A stretch of 64,000 bases of DNA, taken from assembly GCA_965217775.1 (NCBI GenBank), contig CBDCJH010000002.1, positions 4,992,001 to 5,056,000 of the forward strand, written 5' to 3'. Below are positions 1-9,461 of the stretch, piece by piece (position 1 is the first letter of the stretch; every line of letters begins with the position of its first letter). Both the position numbers and the translations under genes were made by a program. The stretch comes from Acidobacteriota bacterium. GTDB taxonomy: Bacteria > Acidobacteriota > UBA6911 > RPQK01 > JAJDTT01. The notes beneath the pieces are model-generated. The model ran no database searches. It was not told the origin of the DNA and was given only the letters and a program-made list of their open reading frames with translations.

Positions 1-270
1 GCCCTCTTTTTCACCCGCCGCGCGAAACCCCAACCCGGGATCGACGCTTCCCGGAAGCCGCATTACAACAAAGCGCGATGGCCCCCACAAGTCTCACATT
101 CAGCGGCTTTTGTCCGCTTGGGGCCACTGCCTTCACGGGCGCGTAAGGCTTGCTAGGGAGAGAGCGTCCGCGTAATCTCTCCAGTGCGTTGATGAGTTGA
201 AGGAGGGGCCGCCAGCAGCATTCCGGCGGCGGTGTAACGGCCTGGGCCCGGAGGTTCCGGGTATCTGTCA

Positions 271-3200
271 ATGAACTCGGTATCCGAATATCTCAAGGGC
301 AAGACGCTGTTCATCACCGGAGCCACCGGCTTCCTGGGACAGTGCCTGGTCGAGAAAATCCTTTGGGCGGTACCGGACGTCGAGCGCGTCTACATCCTGA
401 TCCGCCCGCGAACGAACCTGCGCGGCGCGGTCGTGACCGCCCAGATGAGGCTGGAACGGGAACTCCTCCGGTCCAGTTCCTTCGACCGCCTCAGGAGCAG
501 GCTCGGTGACGGCTTTTCGGCCTTCCTGAAAGAAAAACTGGTCGCGGTTTCGGGCGACTTGTCCAGGGACGACCTGAACCTCGACGAGCAGACACGGCTT
601 CGCCTGCAGGGCGAAACCGACATCGTCATCAACAGTGCCGCCGTCGTCTCCTTCGACGCCCCGCTGGACGAAGCCTACCACCTGAACGTCCTGGGAGCTC
701 AGCGCGTCGCCCGGTTCGCCCAGTCCTGCGGCCGCTGCGTCCTGGTGCACGTCTCCACTGCGTATGTCTGCGGGGCTGCCGTCGGCTCCGTCCCGGAAAC
801 GATTCCGGAGCTCTCGGATCCGGGCGATGGACCCTTCCCGGCGCGCGCCTTCAGCGACGTGGATCTGGACATCGAACGCATCGAGACGATAATCGCCACG
901 GTCCGGGAGCGCGCCTATGCGCCCGGTCTCGAGCGCGAATTCGCGGCGGCGCTGCTGCGCCGGTTCAAGCGCTCGAAGCGGGGCCGCAACGTTCGCAGGC
1001 GGGAGAAGATCGAGAATCTCCGCAAGAAATGGATCCGGAACCAGCTCTCGCAGGAGGGGATGCGCTGGGCTCGCGAGCGGGGCTGGAACGACACGTACAC
1101 CTACACCAAGGCCATCGGCGAACAGATGGTCTTGCGGACCCGAAACGGGGCTCCGACCATCATCATCCGCCCCTCTGTTATCGAAAGCGGTTTTTCCGAG
1201 CCGAGTCCCGGATGGCTGGAGGGCCTTCGCATGGCGGACCCCCTCATCGCCGCCATCGGCAAGGGCCGCCTCCGGGCACTGCCTCTGAGCCCCAAGGTCA
1301 TCATCGACCTGGTGCCCGTGGATATGGTCGTGAACTCGCTGCTGGCGTCGCTTCCCGCGGCGGCCGCAACGGGCGTCCAGGTCTACCAGGTGGCCACCGG
1401 ATCCTGCAATCCCATCACACTGGGCTATCTCTACGATCTCATCTATCGCTATTTCAAGAGAAACCCCATGTTCGACAGGTCGGGGCGGCCGATCAACATC
1501 CGTTACCTCCGCTTCCCGAAGCCGGCCAGCTTCCGCTTGCAACATCGACTCCAGGCGCTGCCCCTGAACACGGCGGGCAGTATCTTGGACAAGCTCACCT
1601 TATTCCGCGCATTCGACGGCGCCCAGCGCTTCAACCGGCGCCTTTCGGCCCTGAGGGCCGCTCACGAGAAGTTGTATTACTACGGAGAAATCTACGAACC
1701 GTATCTGAACTTGAATTGCCGCTTCGGAGTGGAGAACACGCTGGGCCTTCTGGAGACGATGCCCCCCGAGGAGCGGGAAGCCTTCAACTTCGACGTGACG
1801 CGCCTGAACTGGCGCCACTACGTTCAAAACATCCACATCCCAGGGGTCAAGAAGTTCATTTTGAAGATGGAGGGAGCCGGAACGCTGGAACTGGATGTCC
1901 AACCGTCCGGCGAAGGCCGATCCGTCTCGACCATCAACGACCTCCTGGCATACAGCGCGTCCCGGTTCTCCGAGAAGACCGCGCTTCGGATGCAGCGCGA
2001 CGGTGAGTGGATCAGCTATACATACGCGGACCTGCAGCGCCGGGCCCGGACCGTCGGCCGGCAACTCCGGACCGAGGGTCTCGTCAAGGGAGACCGGGTG
2101 GTCCTTTTTGCGGAAAACCAACCGGACTGGGGCGCCGCGTACCTGGGCGCAGCTTCCCGGGGAGTCGTCGTCGTTCCCCTCGATTCCCAGGCGTGGCACC
2201 GTGAGGTCTGGTCTGTCGCCCGCTTCACCGAGGCCCGTGCCATCCTGGCTTCCGAGCGCACGATCGAGCGGCTGCCACCCGGCAGCCTGGCGCGGAATGA
2301 AGCCGGCGATGCCCCAATTCGACTCCTGAACATCAACGGCCTGGCCCAACCGTTCGACCTTCCGCAATACCCCGGAAGCACCGGAACGGCGGCCCCTGTT
2401 CCCGAGGCGCCCGGCGACCGCCCGGTGAAAGTCGAACCCGGCGATCCGGCTTCCATCATCTTCACCACCACCACGGCAGCGGACCCCAAGGGCGCCGTTC
2501 ACACCCATTCCGGCTTCCTCAGCAATCTTCACGGCATGAACCGTTATCTGGCGGCAGAGGAGACGGACCAGATCCTGTCGGTACTCCCTCTCTACCATGC
2601 TCTGGAATTTACCTGCGGGTTTCTGTCCCCCCTGTATGGGGGCGCGACCATCACCTACCTGCATTCCCTGAAGCCTCGAGTCATCCTGAAGACCATGCGG
2701 GAGACGGGCACCACCTGCATGTTGGGCGTCCCCAGTCTTTACGCTCTGATCCGGGACGACATCAACCGGCGCACCCTGCGCGCCTCCAAGTCACCTCTGA
2801 AATCCAACCTGGTGGCCAGGTCGCGCCAGCTCAGCAAGTCCATCGACAAGACCTTCGGCAAGAACCTGGGGCGCCAGATCTTCGCTCGGGTACACCAGGA
2901 ATTCGGGGGCAGGATTCGAGCTTTCGTCAGTGGCGGTTCTGCTCTGGGCGATGAACTCTACGATGACTTCAAGGCCTTGGGCCTGCCCATCTACGAGGGC
3001 TACGGGCTCACCGAGACCGCGCCGGTCCTCACGGTCAATCCGCTGAATCGAAGCCGCCGGGGCTCGGCCGGCAAGCCGTTGCCCGGGACCGAGTTGCGAA
3101 TCTACCGGGCCGATGACCGGGGAGAAGGCGAGATCATCGTCCGCACGCCCAGCCTCATGAAGGGCTACTACAAGAACCCGGCAGCCACCCGGGCCGCGCT

Positions 3201-4638
3201 GCGGGACGGCTGGTTTCACACCGGTGATCTGGGGTGGGTCGACGAAGACGGATACCTCTATATTACAGGGCGCAAGAAGAACGTCATCGTCACGGGAGCC
3301 GGGAAGAACGTCTATCCCGTGGACCTGGAGGCCATCTACCGCAACGTGCCGGCCGTCGAGGACATCTGCGTGGTGGGAACCCCCAAGGGACTGACCGAAG
3401 ACGTCCATGCCGTCATCCTGCCCAAGAAGGAGATATTGCGGGACGTGGCGACCGAGGAATGGCCGCGGGCCATGAAGCGGGCCACTCGCGCACTGGCCCG
3501 CCAGCTTCCGGGCTATCAGCGGCTGCAGCACATCCATCTTTCGGAAACCCCCCTCCCGCGGCGCAGTGACGGATCTCTCGCCCGCGACGTGATCCTGCAG
3601 AACGTCCGGCGGAACCTCGCCCGCTCTCAGGCACGCGGGGGCCCGGCGGCGCGACCCCAAGGCAGTGACGTCGCAACGGAGTTGACCCGGGAGTTGAGCC
3701 GGATCTCGGGGATTCCCTCAGCGGAAATCACTCCGGACTCCCATCTCTACACCGACGTGGGCCTGGATTCGCTCGCCGCCATGGAGCTGCTGATTCAGTT
3801 GGAGCATCGGTTCGGCATCTCGCTATCGGAGGAGCGCGTCGCTTCCCTGGTCCGCTTTGGCGATCTGGTCGATGCGGTGAAGGAGAGCAAGTCGGCACAT
3901 GTGACCGGCAAAGACGACACGGTCGCCGTCCGGTCTGCCTTGCCCTGGTCACAGCGCCCGCCCCTGGACCGCGCCCTCCTCGGCCTCTCCTTTTCGGCGC
4001 TGAGGCTCCTGTACGCGAGCTACTTTCGCCTGCGGCTGGGTTTTCCGGAACACCTTCCCCGTGAGGAGGCCTACATCATCGCCGCCAACCATTCCAGCCA
4101 TCTGGACAGCGGTGCCGTCATCGCCGCATTGGCGGGGGCGCTGGGACCAAGCCAAGCCAGGAAACTCCATCTTCTCGGGGCCCGCGACTACTTCTTCAAC
4201 AATCCCCTTCGCGCCTGGTTTTTCAGCACCTTTCTCAACGTGGTGCCCATCGAACGGGAGGAAACCTCGTTGGCGGGACTCCGTACCATCCAGGCGATCC
4301 TGCAGGAAGGCGAACCCATTCTCATCTTCCCGGAGGGGACGCGGTCCCGGACCGGCGAACTCCGATCCTTCAAACCGGGCCTGGGCCTCATCGCCAGGGA
4401 ACTCAGGGTGCCGATCGTCCCCACTCACATCGACGGCGCCTATCGAGCCTTCCCGGCGGGACGCTACCTTCCCCGGCCCGGACGGTTGACGGTGACCTTC
4501 GGCAAACCGATCACGACCGAGCAGTATTTCACGGACGGCGTCGAGGAGTCGCGAGTCCGCCTCTACCGAAAGATTGCCCGGGATGTCAGGGAGCACGTCG
4601 TGCGGTTGGGGGACGGGGGCCGGCACGAACCAGTTTGA
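271..4638 (+). CDS. ElbD-like multidomain lipid enzyme: fatty acyl reductase + AMP-binding domain + ACP + PlsC-type acyltransferase
   Basis: TGATGFLG Rossmann motif and YTYTK (YxxxK); YEGYGLTE and FHTGDLG adenylation motifs; GLDSL phosphopantetheine site; NHSSHLD and FPEGTRS acyltransferase motifs. Confidence 0.88.
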   Translation: MNSVSEYLKGKTLFITGATGFLGQCLVEKILWAVPDVERVYILIRPRTNLRGAVVTAQMRLERELLRSSSFDRLRSRLGDGFSAFLKEKLVAVSGDLSRDDLNLDEQTRLRLQGETDIVINSAAVVSFDAPLDEAYHLNVLGAQRVARFAQSCGRCVLVHVSTAYVCGAAVGSVPETIPELSDPGDGPFPARAFSDVDLDIERIETIIATVRERAYAPGLEREFAAALLRRFKRSKRGRNVRRREKIENLRKKWIRNQLSQEGMRWARERGWNDTYTYTKAIGEQMVLRTRNGAPTIIIRPSVIESGFSEPSPGWLEGLRMADPLIAAIGKGRLRALPLSPKVIIDLVPVDMVVNSLLASLPAAAATGVQVYQVATGSCNPITLGYLYDLIYRYFKRNPMFDRSGRPINIRYLRFPKPASFRLQHRLQALPLNTAGSILDKLTLFRAFDGAQRFNRRLSALRAAHEKLYYYGEIYEPYLNLNCRFGVENTLGLLETMPPEEREAFNFDVTRLNWRHYVQNIHIPGVKKFILKMEGAGTLELDVQPSGEGRSVSTINDLLAYSASRFSEKTALRMQRDGEWISYTYADLQRRARTVGRQLRTEGLVKGDRVVLFAENQPDWGAAYLGAASRGVVVVPLDSQAWHREVWSVARFTEARAILASERTIERLPPGSLARNEAGDAPIRLLNINGLAQPFDLPQYPGSTGTAAPVPEAPGDRPVKVEPGDPASIIFTTTTAADPKGAVHTHSGFLSNLHGMNRYLAAEETDQILSVLPLYHALEFTCGFLSPLYGGATITYLHSLKPRVILKTMRETGTTCMLGVPSLYALIRDDINRRTLRASKSPLKSNLVARSRQLSKSIDKTFGKNLGRQIFARVHQEFGGRIRAFVSGGSALGDELYDDFKALGLPIYEGYGLTETAPVLTVNPLNRSRRGSAGKPLPGTELRIYRADDRGEGEIIVRTPSLMKGYYKNPAATRAALRDGWFHTGDLGWVDEDGYLYITGRKKNVIVTGAGKNVYPVDLEAIYRNVPAVEDICVVGTPKGLTEDVHAVILPKKEILRDVATEEWPRAMKRATRALARQLPGYQRLQHIHLSETPLPRRSDGSLARDVILQNVRRNLARSQARGGPAARPQGSDVATELTRELSRISGIPSAEITPDSHLYTDVGLDSLAAMELLIQLEHRFGISLSEERVASLVRFGDLVDAVKESKSAHVTGKDDTVAVRSALPWSQRPPLDRALLGLSFSALRLLYASYFRLRLGFPEHLPREEAYIIAANHSSHLDSGAVIAALAGALGPSQARKLHLLGARDYFFNNPLRAWFFSTFLNVVPIEREETSLAGLRTIQAILQEGEPILIFPEGTRSRTGELRSFKPGLGLIARELRVPIVPTHIDGAYRAFPAGRYLPRPGRLTVTFGKPITTEQYFTDGVEESRVRLYRKIARDVREHVVRLGDGGRHEPV

Positions 4639-4681
4639 CCCGGTAAGCCAAGCCCCTCTAGAATGGCGTCCTTCTCTGGCC

Positions 4682-4773
4682 GGAGAGGTGCTGGAGTGGC
4701 TGAACAGGGCTGCCTGCTAAGCAGTTACTCGGGGGAACCTGGGTCGGGGGTTCGAATCCCCCCCTCTCCGCCA
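4682..4773 (+). tRNA. tRNA-Ser(GCT)
   Basis: GGAGAGG/CCTCTCC acceptor stem, anticodon loop CTGCTAA, long variable arm, GTTCGAATC T-loop, encoded CCA; TAGAAT -10 upstream. Confidence 0.96.
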
Positions 4774-4790
4774 ACTCCTCATCCGGAGAA

Positions 4791-4906
4791 ATGAGTGCAT
4801 TTGGAGAAGACCTGATCCAGTCACTCAAAGAGGCACTCGCTCACGCCAAGGGAGATGGCTACGCCATCCTCCACGCTCCTGTAACTCCACGCGAGGTTCG
4901 GGAACA
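4791..4906 (+). pseudogene. N-terminal fragment of an XRE/HigA-like antitoxin or regulator
   Basis: MSAFGEDLIQSLKEALAHAKG...PREVRE resembles the N-terminus of such proteins but stops before the HTH; SD GGAGA upstream. Confidence 0.6.
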
Positions 4907-5015
4907 TCTGTTTTTTAGCATTTACGCGGATTTTTCCAAGGTTTCTCCGGGACAGACTGCGCTGGGCGCTCGCTCGCTGGTGAGAAATTCGGGTTCGCAT
5001 TCCACGGGTCTTTAG

Positions 5016-7048
5016 ACGGAACTTCACTGCCGCTCAAGCCATAGTAAATCATTGAAATAGCGCGGTTTACGGTTCCTTAGCCCGAGCCTCCAACTGGATA
5101 TTTGTTTCCATGTACGGACTCGCATATTATGTCAGTATTCCCTTATATGGTAGGAGTATCAGTGATTGATATTGTTTCCATGTAAGAGGCCTCTCCACCA
5201 TGTCCTACCACGTCGATGTCATCCCCAACCGCAACAGCCCACCCGCCATCCTCTTCCGCCACGCCAAACGCGAGGGCAAGCGCATCCGCCGCACCACCCT
5301 CGCCAACCTCTCCAAGCTCCCCCCGGAGATCGTCGACGGCATCCGCGCCCTGCTCAAGGGGGGCCAAGTCTATCGCCCCCTCGACGATGACCTCGCCATC
5401 CGCCGCGCCCTTCCCCATGGTCATGTCGCCGCCCTCCTCGGTCTTGGCCGCCAACTCGGTCTCGAACGCCTCCTGCACCGCAAACGCAGCCGCAACCGCG
5501 ACCTTGCCCTCGCCGCCCTCGTCGCCCGGGTGCTCCAACCCGCCTCCAAGCTCGCCACCGCCCGGGGCCTGTCTCCGGAGACCGCCACCAGCAGCCTCGG
5601 CCCCGTCCTCGGCCTCGGTCCGGTCCGCGGCAACGAGATGCTTCAGATGCTCGACTGGTTGCTGAGCCGCCAAGTCTGGATCGAGAAGAGCTTGGCGCGG
5701 CGCCACCTGGAGGGCCGGACACTTTTGCTTTATGACGTCTCCTCCAGCTATCTCGAGGGGCGCTGCTGTTCCCTGGCCGCATTCGGCCACAACCGAGACG
5801 GCAAGAAAGGTAAGAAGCAGATCGTCTTCGGCCTGCTCTGCGCCGGGGACGGTTGCCCGCTGTCCGTGGAGGTGTTCCCGGGCAACACCGGGGATCCGAG
5901 CACGGTGGCGGCGCAGGTCAAGAAGATCCAGGGGCGCTTCGGCATCGAATCCATCGCTTTGGTCGGGGACCGCGGCATGCTCACCACGGCGCGGCTGCGC
6001 GAGGACCTTTCACCGGCCGGTCTGGCCTGGATCTCGGCCTTGAGAACGGGCGCCATCCGCAAGCTGATGCGGCCCCCAAAATCGGGCGGGAAGGGCGAGG
6101 AACCGGCGCCGTTGCAGCCGGGCGAGTTGGTTCCGGACGGGGTCGCGGAGATTCTGAGCCCGGATTTTCCCGGCGAACGGCTGCTGGTCTGCCTCAATCC
6201 CCGCTTGCGGCAGGAGCGGGCCCGCAAGCGCGAGGATCTGCTGTGCGCGACCGAGAAGATCCTGGAGACCATCGCCAGCGCCGTGCGCTCCCCCCACGCT
6301 CGGCTACGCGGCCAGGAGGCCATCAACCGCCGGGTGGGCCGGGACGTCAGCCGCAAGAAGGTGGACAAACACTTCCTGATTGAAGTCACCGACGAGGACA
6401 TCCGCTGGTCGAGGCGGCAGGAGAAGATCGACGCGGAAGCGCGACTGGACGGCATCTACATCATTCGCACCAGCTTGGAGGCCTCCGACATCGGGGCTGC
6501 GGAGGCGGTGGAGGCGTACAAAAGCCTCTCCCAGGTCGAATGGGCGTTTCGCTCGCTCAAGACGGCGCAGCTGGCCCTGCGCCCGGTCTTCGTCTACAGC
6601 GAGGACCATGTGCGCGGGCACGTCTTTCTGTGCCTGCTGGCGTACTACCTGCAATGGCACCTGAGGCGGCGTCTGGCGCCGCTGCTGTTCGAGGAGGAGG
6701 ATCGTCCCGGGGCGCGAGCGTTGCGGACCTCACCGGTGGAAAAGGCAAAGGTGTCCGCGCGCACGAAAGCTAAGGCCGCGCGCAAGCAAACGGCTGAGGG
6801 GCTCCCCGTGCATAGCCTCCGGACGCTGCTGGCGGATCTCGGCACGCTCACCCTGAACCAGGTGACCCTGCCGGACGCTCCGGAGCATCCGTTTCCGATG
6901 TTCGCCAAGCCGACGCCGCTGCAGGCGAAGGTTTTCGAGCTGCTCGACGTCAACCCGACCCGATTTGTTGCCAGTAATTGGGCAGGTTGATTTCGTCTAT
7001 CTTCCTGACATACAAACGATTAGACGGATTTCGGAAGTGAAGTTCCGT
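5016..7048 (+). mobile_element. IS1634-family insertion sequence, apparently intact
   Basis: Perfect 13-bp terminal inverted repeats ACGGAACTTCACT (5016-5028) and AGTGAAGTTCCGT (7036-7048); TTAG duplicated at 5012-5015 and 7049-7052. Confidence 0.9.
5200..6990 (+). CDS. IS1634-family DDE transposase
   Basis: LYDVSSSYLEG, FGHNRDGK, VGDRGM and YKSLSQVEWAFRSLK motifs. Confidence 0.92.
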   Translation: MSYHVDVIPNRNSPPAILFRHAKREGKRIRRTTLANLSKLPPEIVDGIRALLKGGQVYRPLDDDLAIRRALPHGHVAALLGLGRQLGLERLLHRKRSRNRDLALAALVARVLQPASKLATARGLSPETATSSLGPVLGLGPVRGNEMLQMLDWLLSRQVWIEKSLARRHLEGRTLLLYDVSSSYLEGRCCSLAAFGHNRDGKKGKKQIVFGLLCAGDGCPLSVEVFPGNTGDPSTVAAQVKKIQGRFGIESIALVGDRGMLTTARLREDLSPAGLAWISALRTGAIRKLMRPPKSGGKGEEPAPLQPGELVPDGVAEILSPDFPGERLLVCLNPRLRQERARKREDLLCATEKILETIASAVRSPHARLRGQEAINRRVGRDVSRKKVDKHFLIEVTDEDIRWSRRQEKIDAEARLDGIYIIRTSLEASDIGAAEAVEAYKSLSQVEWAFRSLKTAQLALRPVFVYSEDHVRGHVFLCLLAYYLQWHLRRRLAPLLFEEEDRPGARALRTSPVEKAKVSARTKAKAARKQTAEGLPVHSLRTLLADLGTLTLNQVTLPDAPEHPFPMFAKPTPLQAKVFELLDVNPTRFVASNWAG

Positions 7049-7861
7049 TTAGAAACGGAACAACAACAGGAATTGTGGGAGCACTTCGTCGGCGTCCTCA
7101 AAGCCGAACTTGTTGATCCAGACGTGCATTTCCATCCCTGCGAAGACCCGTCCCGGCCGCCGGGCAACCGCCTTGCCCAAGTCGAAACGCAACTGGGGCT
7201 GAAGCAGGACCCAGTAGGGTGCGCGGATCCCGAACTCAGTGTCTCGCGGACTCTGCCATTCTGCGTGCCCCTCGAAAGAGAACGGGGCGCTGCCGATCTC
7301 GAAGGGCAGGCCCCAGTTGAAATCGACGAGATGGCTGTTGCCTTCCTTGGGGGGCCCGCCGGCCGCCACCCCCTGGTTGCGATCCACGAGACACACGTAA
7401 TCGACGTTCGCAAAGGCGAAGCCGGGAAGATCGAGCTGGAACCGGAAACCGGGACCGATCTTGAGAACTTTCGCCTGGGCTCCCCAGTTCAGCCCCCCCA
7501 ATGGACCGATCCCCCGGATGGGCCCCCAGGACAGCTTCTGCCCGGTGATCGACCCCAGGTTGAAGTAGGGATACCACTCCATGTAGATATCCCGGTCCGC
7601 ACTCGACCCCGAACAGCAGATCATGTCCACGAAGAAGAAGTTCTCTCCGTGGCTCCAGCCGCTGGCGTGCTGAAGGGTCAGAATATGCTGGAACCCATTG
7701 GGACTCACCGGGTGAGGCCGGAGTGCGCTGCCACCCTGGTACTGAACCTCGGTAACGCTCCAGCCCTGGGCCAGAACGTTTCCGTCAATCACCAGCGGAC
7801 AAATCGCAATCAGGACCAGGACGATACCGCAACGGTGGTTCGTCTTCTTCATGGCATGCAA
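7049..7861 (-). CDS. Tsx-like outer-membrane nucleoside channel
   Basis: Signal peptide, TLQHASGWSHGENFFFVD, LQPQLRFDLG, C-terminal Phe typical of beta-barrels. Confidence 0.75.
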   Translation of the reverse strand: MHAMKKTNHRCGIVLVLIAICPLVIDGNVLAQGWSVTEVQYQGGSALRPHPVSPNGFQHILTLQHASGWSHGENFFFVDMICCSGSSADRDIYMEWYPYFNLGSITGQKLSWGPIRGIGPLGGLNWGAQAKVLKIGPGFRFQLDLPGFAFANVDYVCLVDRNQGVAAGGPPKEGNSHLVDFNWGLPFEIGSAPFSFEGHAEWQSPRDTEFGIRAPYWVLLQPQLRFDLGKAVARRPGRVFAGMEMHVWINKFGFEDADEVLPQFLLLFRF

Positions 7862-7907
7862 TGACTACGAATTCGGCGGCGGCGCCTCGACCCCGGGCCG
7901 TGGCCTT

Positions 7908-8576
7908 TCAGTGCGCCGCCGGTTTCCGCTTCCAGGCAAATTTACCGATCAGCGGCACGAAAATACATCGCTCCGCGCGTTTGGTGCGATATCCGTCTCC
8001 ACTTCGGGTCACGATGTGAAGGACCTGCGAACGATCCCGCCCCACCGGGATCACCAAGCGCCCCGTTTCGCTCAACTGCTGCAACAGGGGCTCGGGGATT
8101 CCGGGAGATGCTGCCCCGACGATGATGCTCTCGAACGGTGCGAATTCTTCCCAGCCCAGCGTCCCGTCGGCCACACTCGCCTGGACGTCCTGATACCCCA
8201 GCTCGTCGAGCCGAGCCGCCGCCTGGTGGGCCAGCTCCGGAATCCGTTCCACGGTGAAGACCTGGGCCTTCATGCACGCAAGCAACCCAGCCTGATATCC
8301 GCTTCCGGTCCCTATCTCCAGGACACGGTCGCCCGGGGACACCCTCGCCGCTTGAACCATGGCGGCAATCATGTAGGGCTGACTGACGGTCTGATCATGG
8401 CCGATGGGGATGGGGCGGTCATCGTAGGCCCGCTCAACCCATTCGTCAGGCACGAAACGATGACGAGGGACTCCCAGGAACGCCTTCAACATCCTGCGGT
8501 CCCGGATGCCTCGGGCTCTCAGTTGCTGCTCCACCATCTTGCGGCGTTCCGGGCCGTAGGATGCAGATCGTTTCAT
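7908..8576 (-). CDS. pcm: Protein-L-isoaspartate O-methyltransferase
   Basis: VPRHRFV, QTVSQPY, VLEIGTGSGY, FVPLIG. Confidence 0.95.
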   Translation of the reverse strand: MKRSASYGPERRKMVEQQLRARGIRDRRMLKAFLGVPRHRFVPDEWVERAYDDRPIPIGHDQTVSQPYMIAAMVQAARVSPGDRVLEIGTGSGYQAGLLACMKAQVFTVERIPELAHQAAARLDELGYQDVQASVADGTLGWEEFAPFESIIVGAASPGIPEPLLQQLSETGRLVIPVGRDRSQVLHIVTRSGDGYRTKRAERCIFVPLIGKFAWKRKPAAH

Positions 8577-9355
8577 GCCGCTCCCCGGCAGAATGTTCTC
8601 CGATGCACCGGCGTCGTCCCATACTTCTCGATTGCCCGGCGGTGCTGTCTGGTCGGGTAGCCCTTGTGACGGGCGAATCCATATTCCGGATACACCCGGT
8701 CCAGCTTCATCATGAGCCGATCCCGATGGGTCTTCGCCAGGATCGATGCCCCGGCGATCGAGAAATGCCTGCGGTCCCCGCCGACGCAGGTCTCCTGCGG
8801 GATTTCGAGGCCCGGAATCCGGCGGCCGTCCACCAGTGCGATCTCCGGCGCCGGCTGGAGAACTGCGACGGCCCGCTTCATGGCCAGAAGACCGGCATGG
8901 AAGATGTTCAACCGGTCGATCTCCGGCACCGACGCCTCTCCGATCCCCATGGCGACCGCGTCTCGGGCAATGATCCCGGCCAGCTCGTCGCGGCGGGCGC
9001 TCGAGAGTCTCTTGGAGTCGTCCATGCCGCAGATTTCAGTGCCCGGCTCGAAGATCACCGCGGCAGCGACGACCGGTCCCGCCAGCGGGCCCATGCCGGC
9101 TTCGTCGACTCCGGCGACCCGTGCGGTTCCGCCACGCCACAGCCCGCGCTCCTTCTCCAGCATCGAATTCAACCGGCGTCTCTCCGCTCGGGCCGAGGCC
9201 CGCGCGCGCTCCAAGCGACGCCCAAGACGCCGCACGCCGACTCTCGGGTCCCGCGCCAAGGCGGACAACACCGCGGAAGTCACCCGGATTTCGCCGGAGG
9301 CAAGCGCTTCCCTTATTTGGGACAGGGTCAGCCGAGACAGCTCCAGTGCCACCAT
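8573..9355 (-). CDS. rnhB: Ribonuclease HII (start uncertain)
   Basis: GVDEAGMGPLAGPV, DDSK, SIAGASILAK, HKGYPT. Confidence 0.93.
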   Translation of the reverse strand: MVALELSRLTLSQIREALASGEIRVTSAVLSALARDPRVGVRRLGRRLERARASARAERRRLNSMLEKERGLWRGGTARVAGVDEAGMGPLAGPVVAAAVIFEPGTEICGMDDSKRLSSARRDELAGIIARDAVAMGIGEASVPEIDRLNIFHAGLLAMKRAVAVLQPAPEIALVDGRRIPGLEIPQETCVGGDRRHFSIAGASILAKTHRDRLMMKLDRVYPEYGFARHKGYPTRQHRRAIEKYGTTPVHRRTFCRGAA

Positions 9356-9461
9356 GCAGTTCGCCACTCCAGCCGATTCAGGCACACATGAGCTTAGCAG
9401 CCCGGACACCGGCAGGCAGGCAATGTGTCGGGTGTCCGCAACTCCATTATAATGCCCCGTT

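Noticed and set aside
4957-4985. GCGCTCGCTCGCT resembling an AAV ITR Rep-binding element
   Set aside because: Short low-complexity match with no ITR structure; chance in GC-rich DNA
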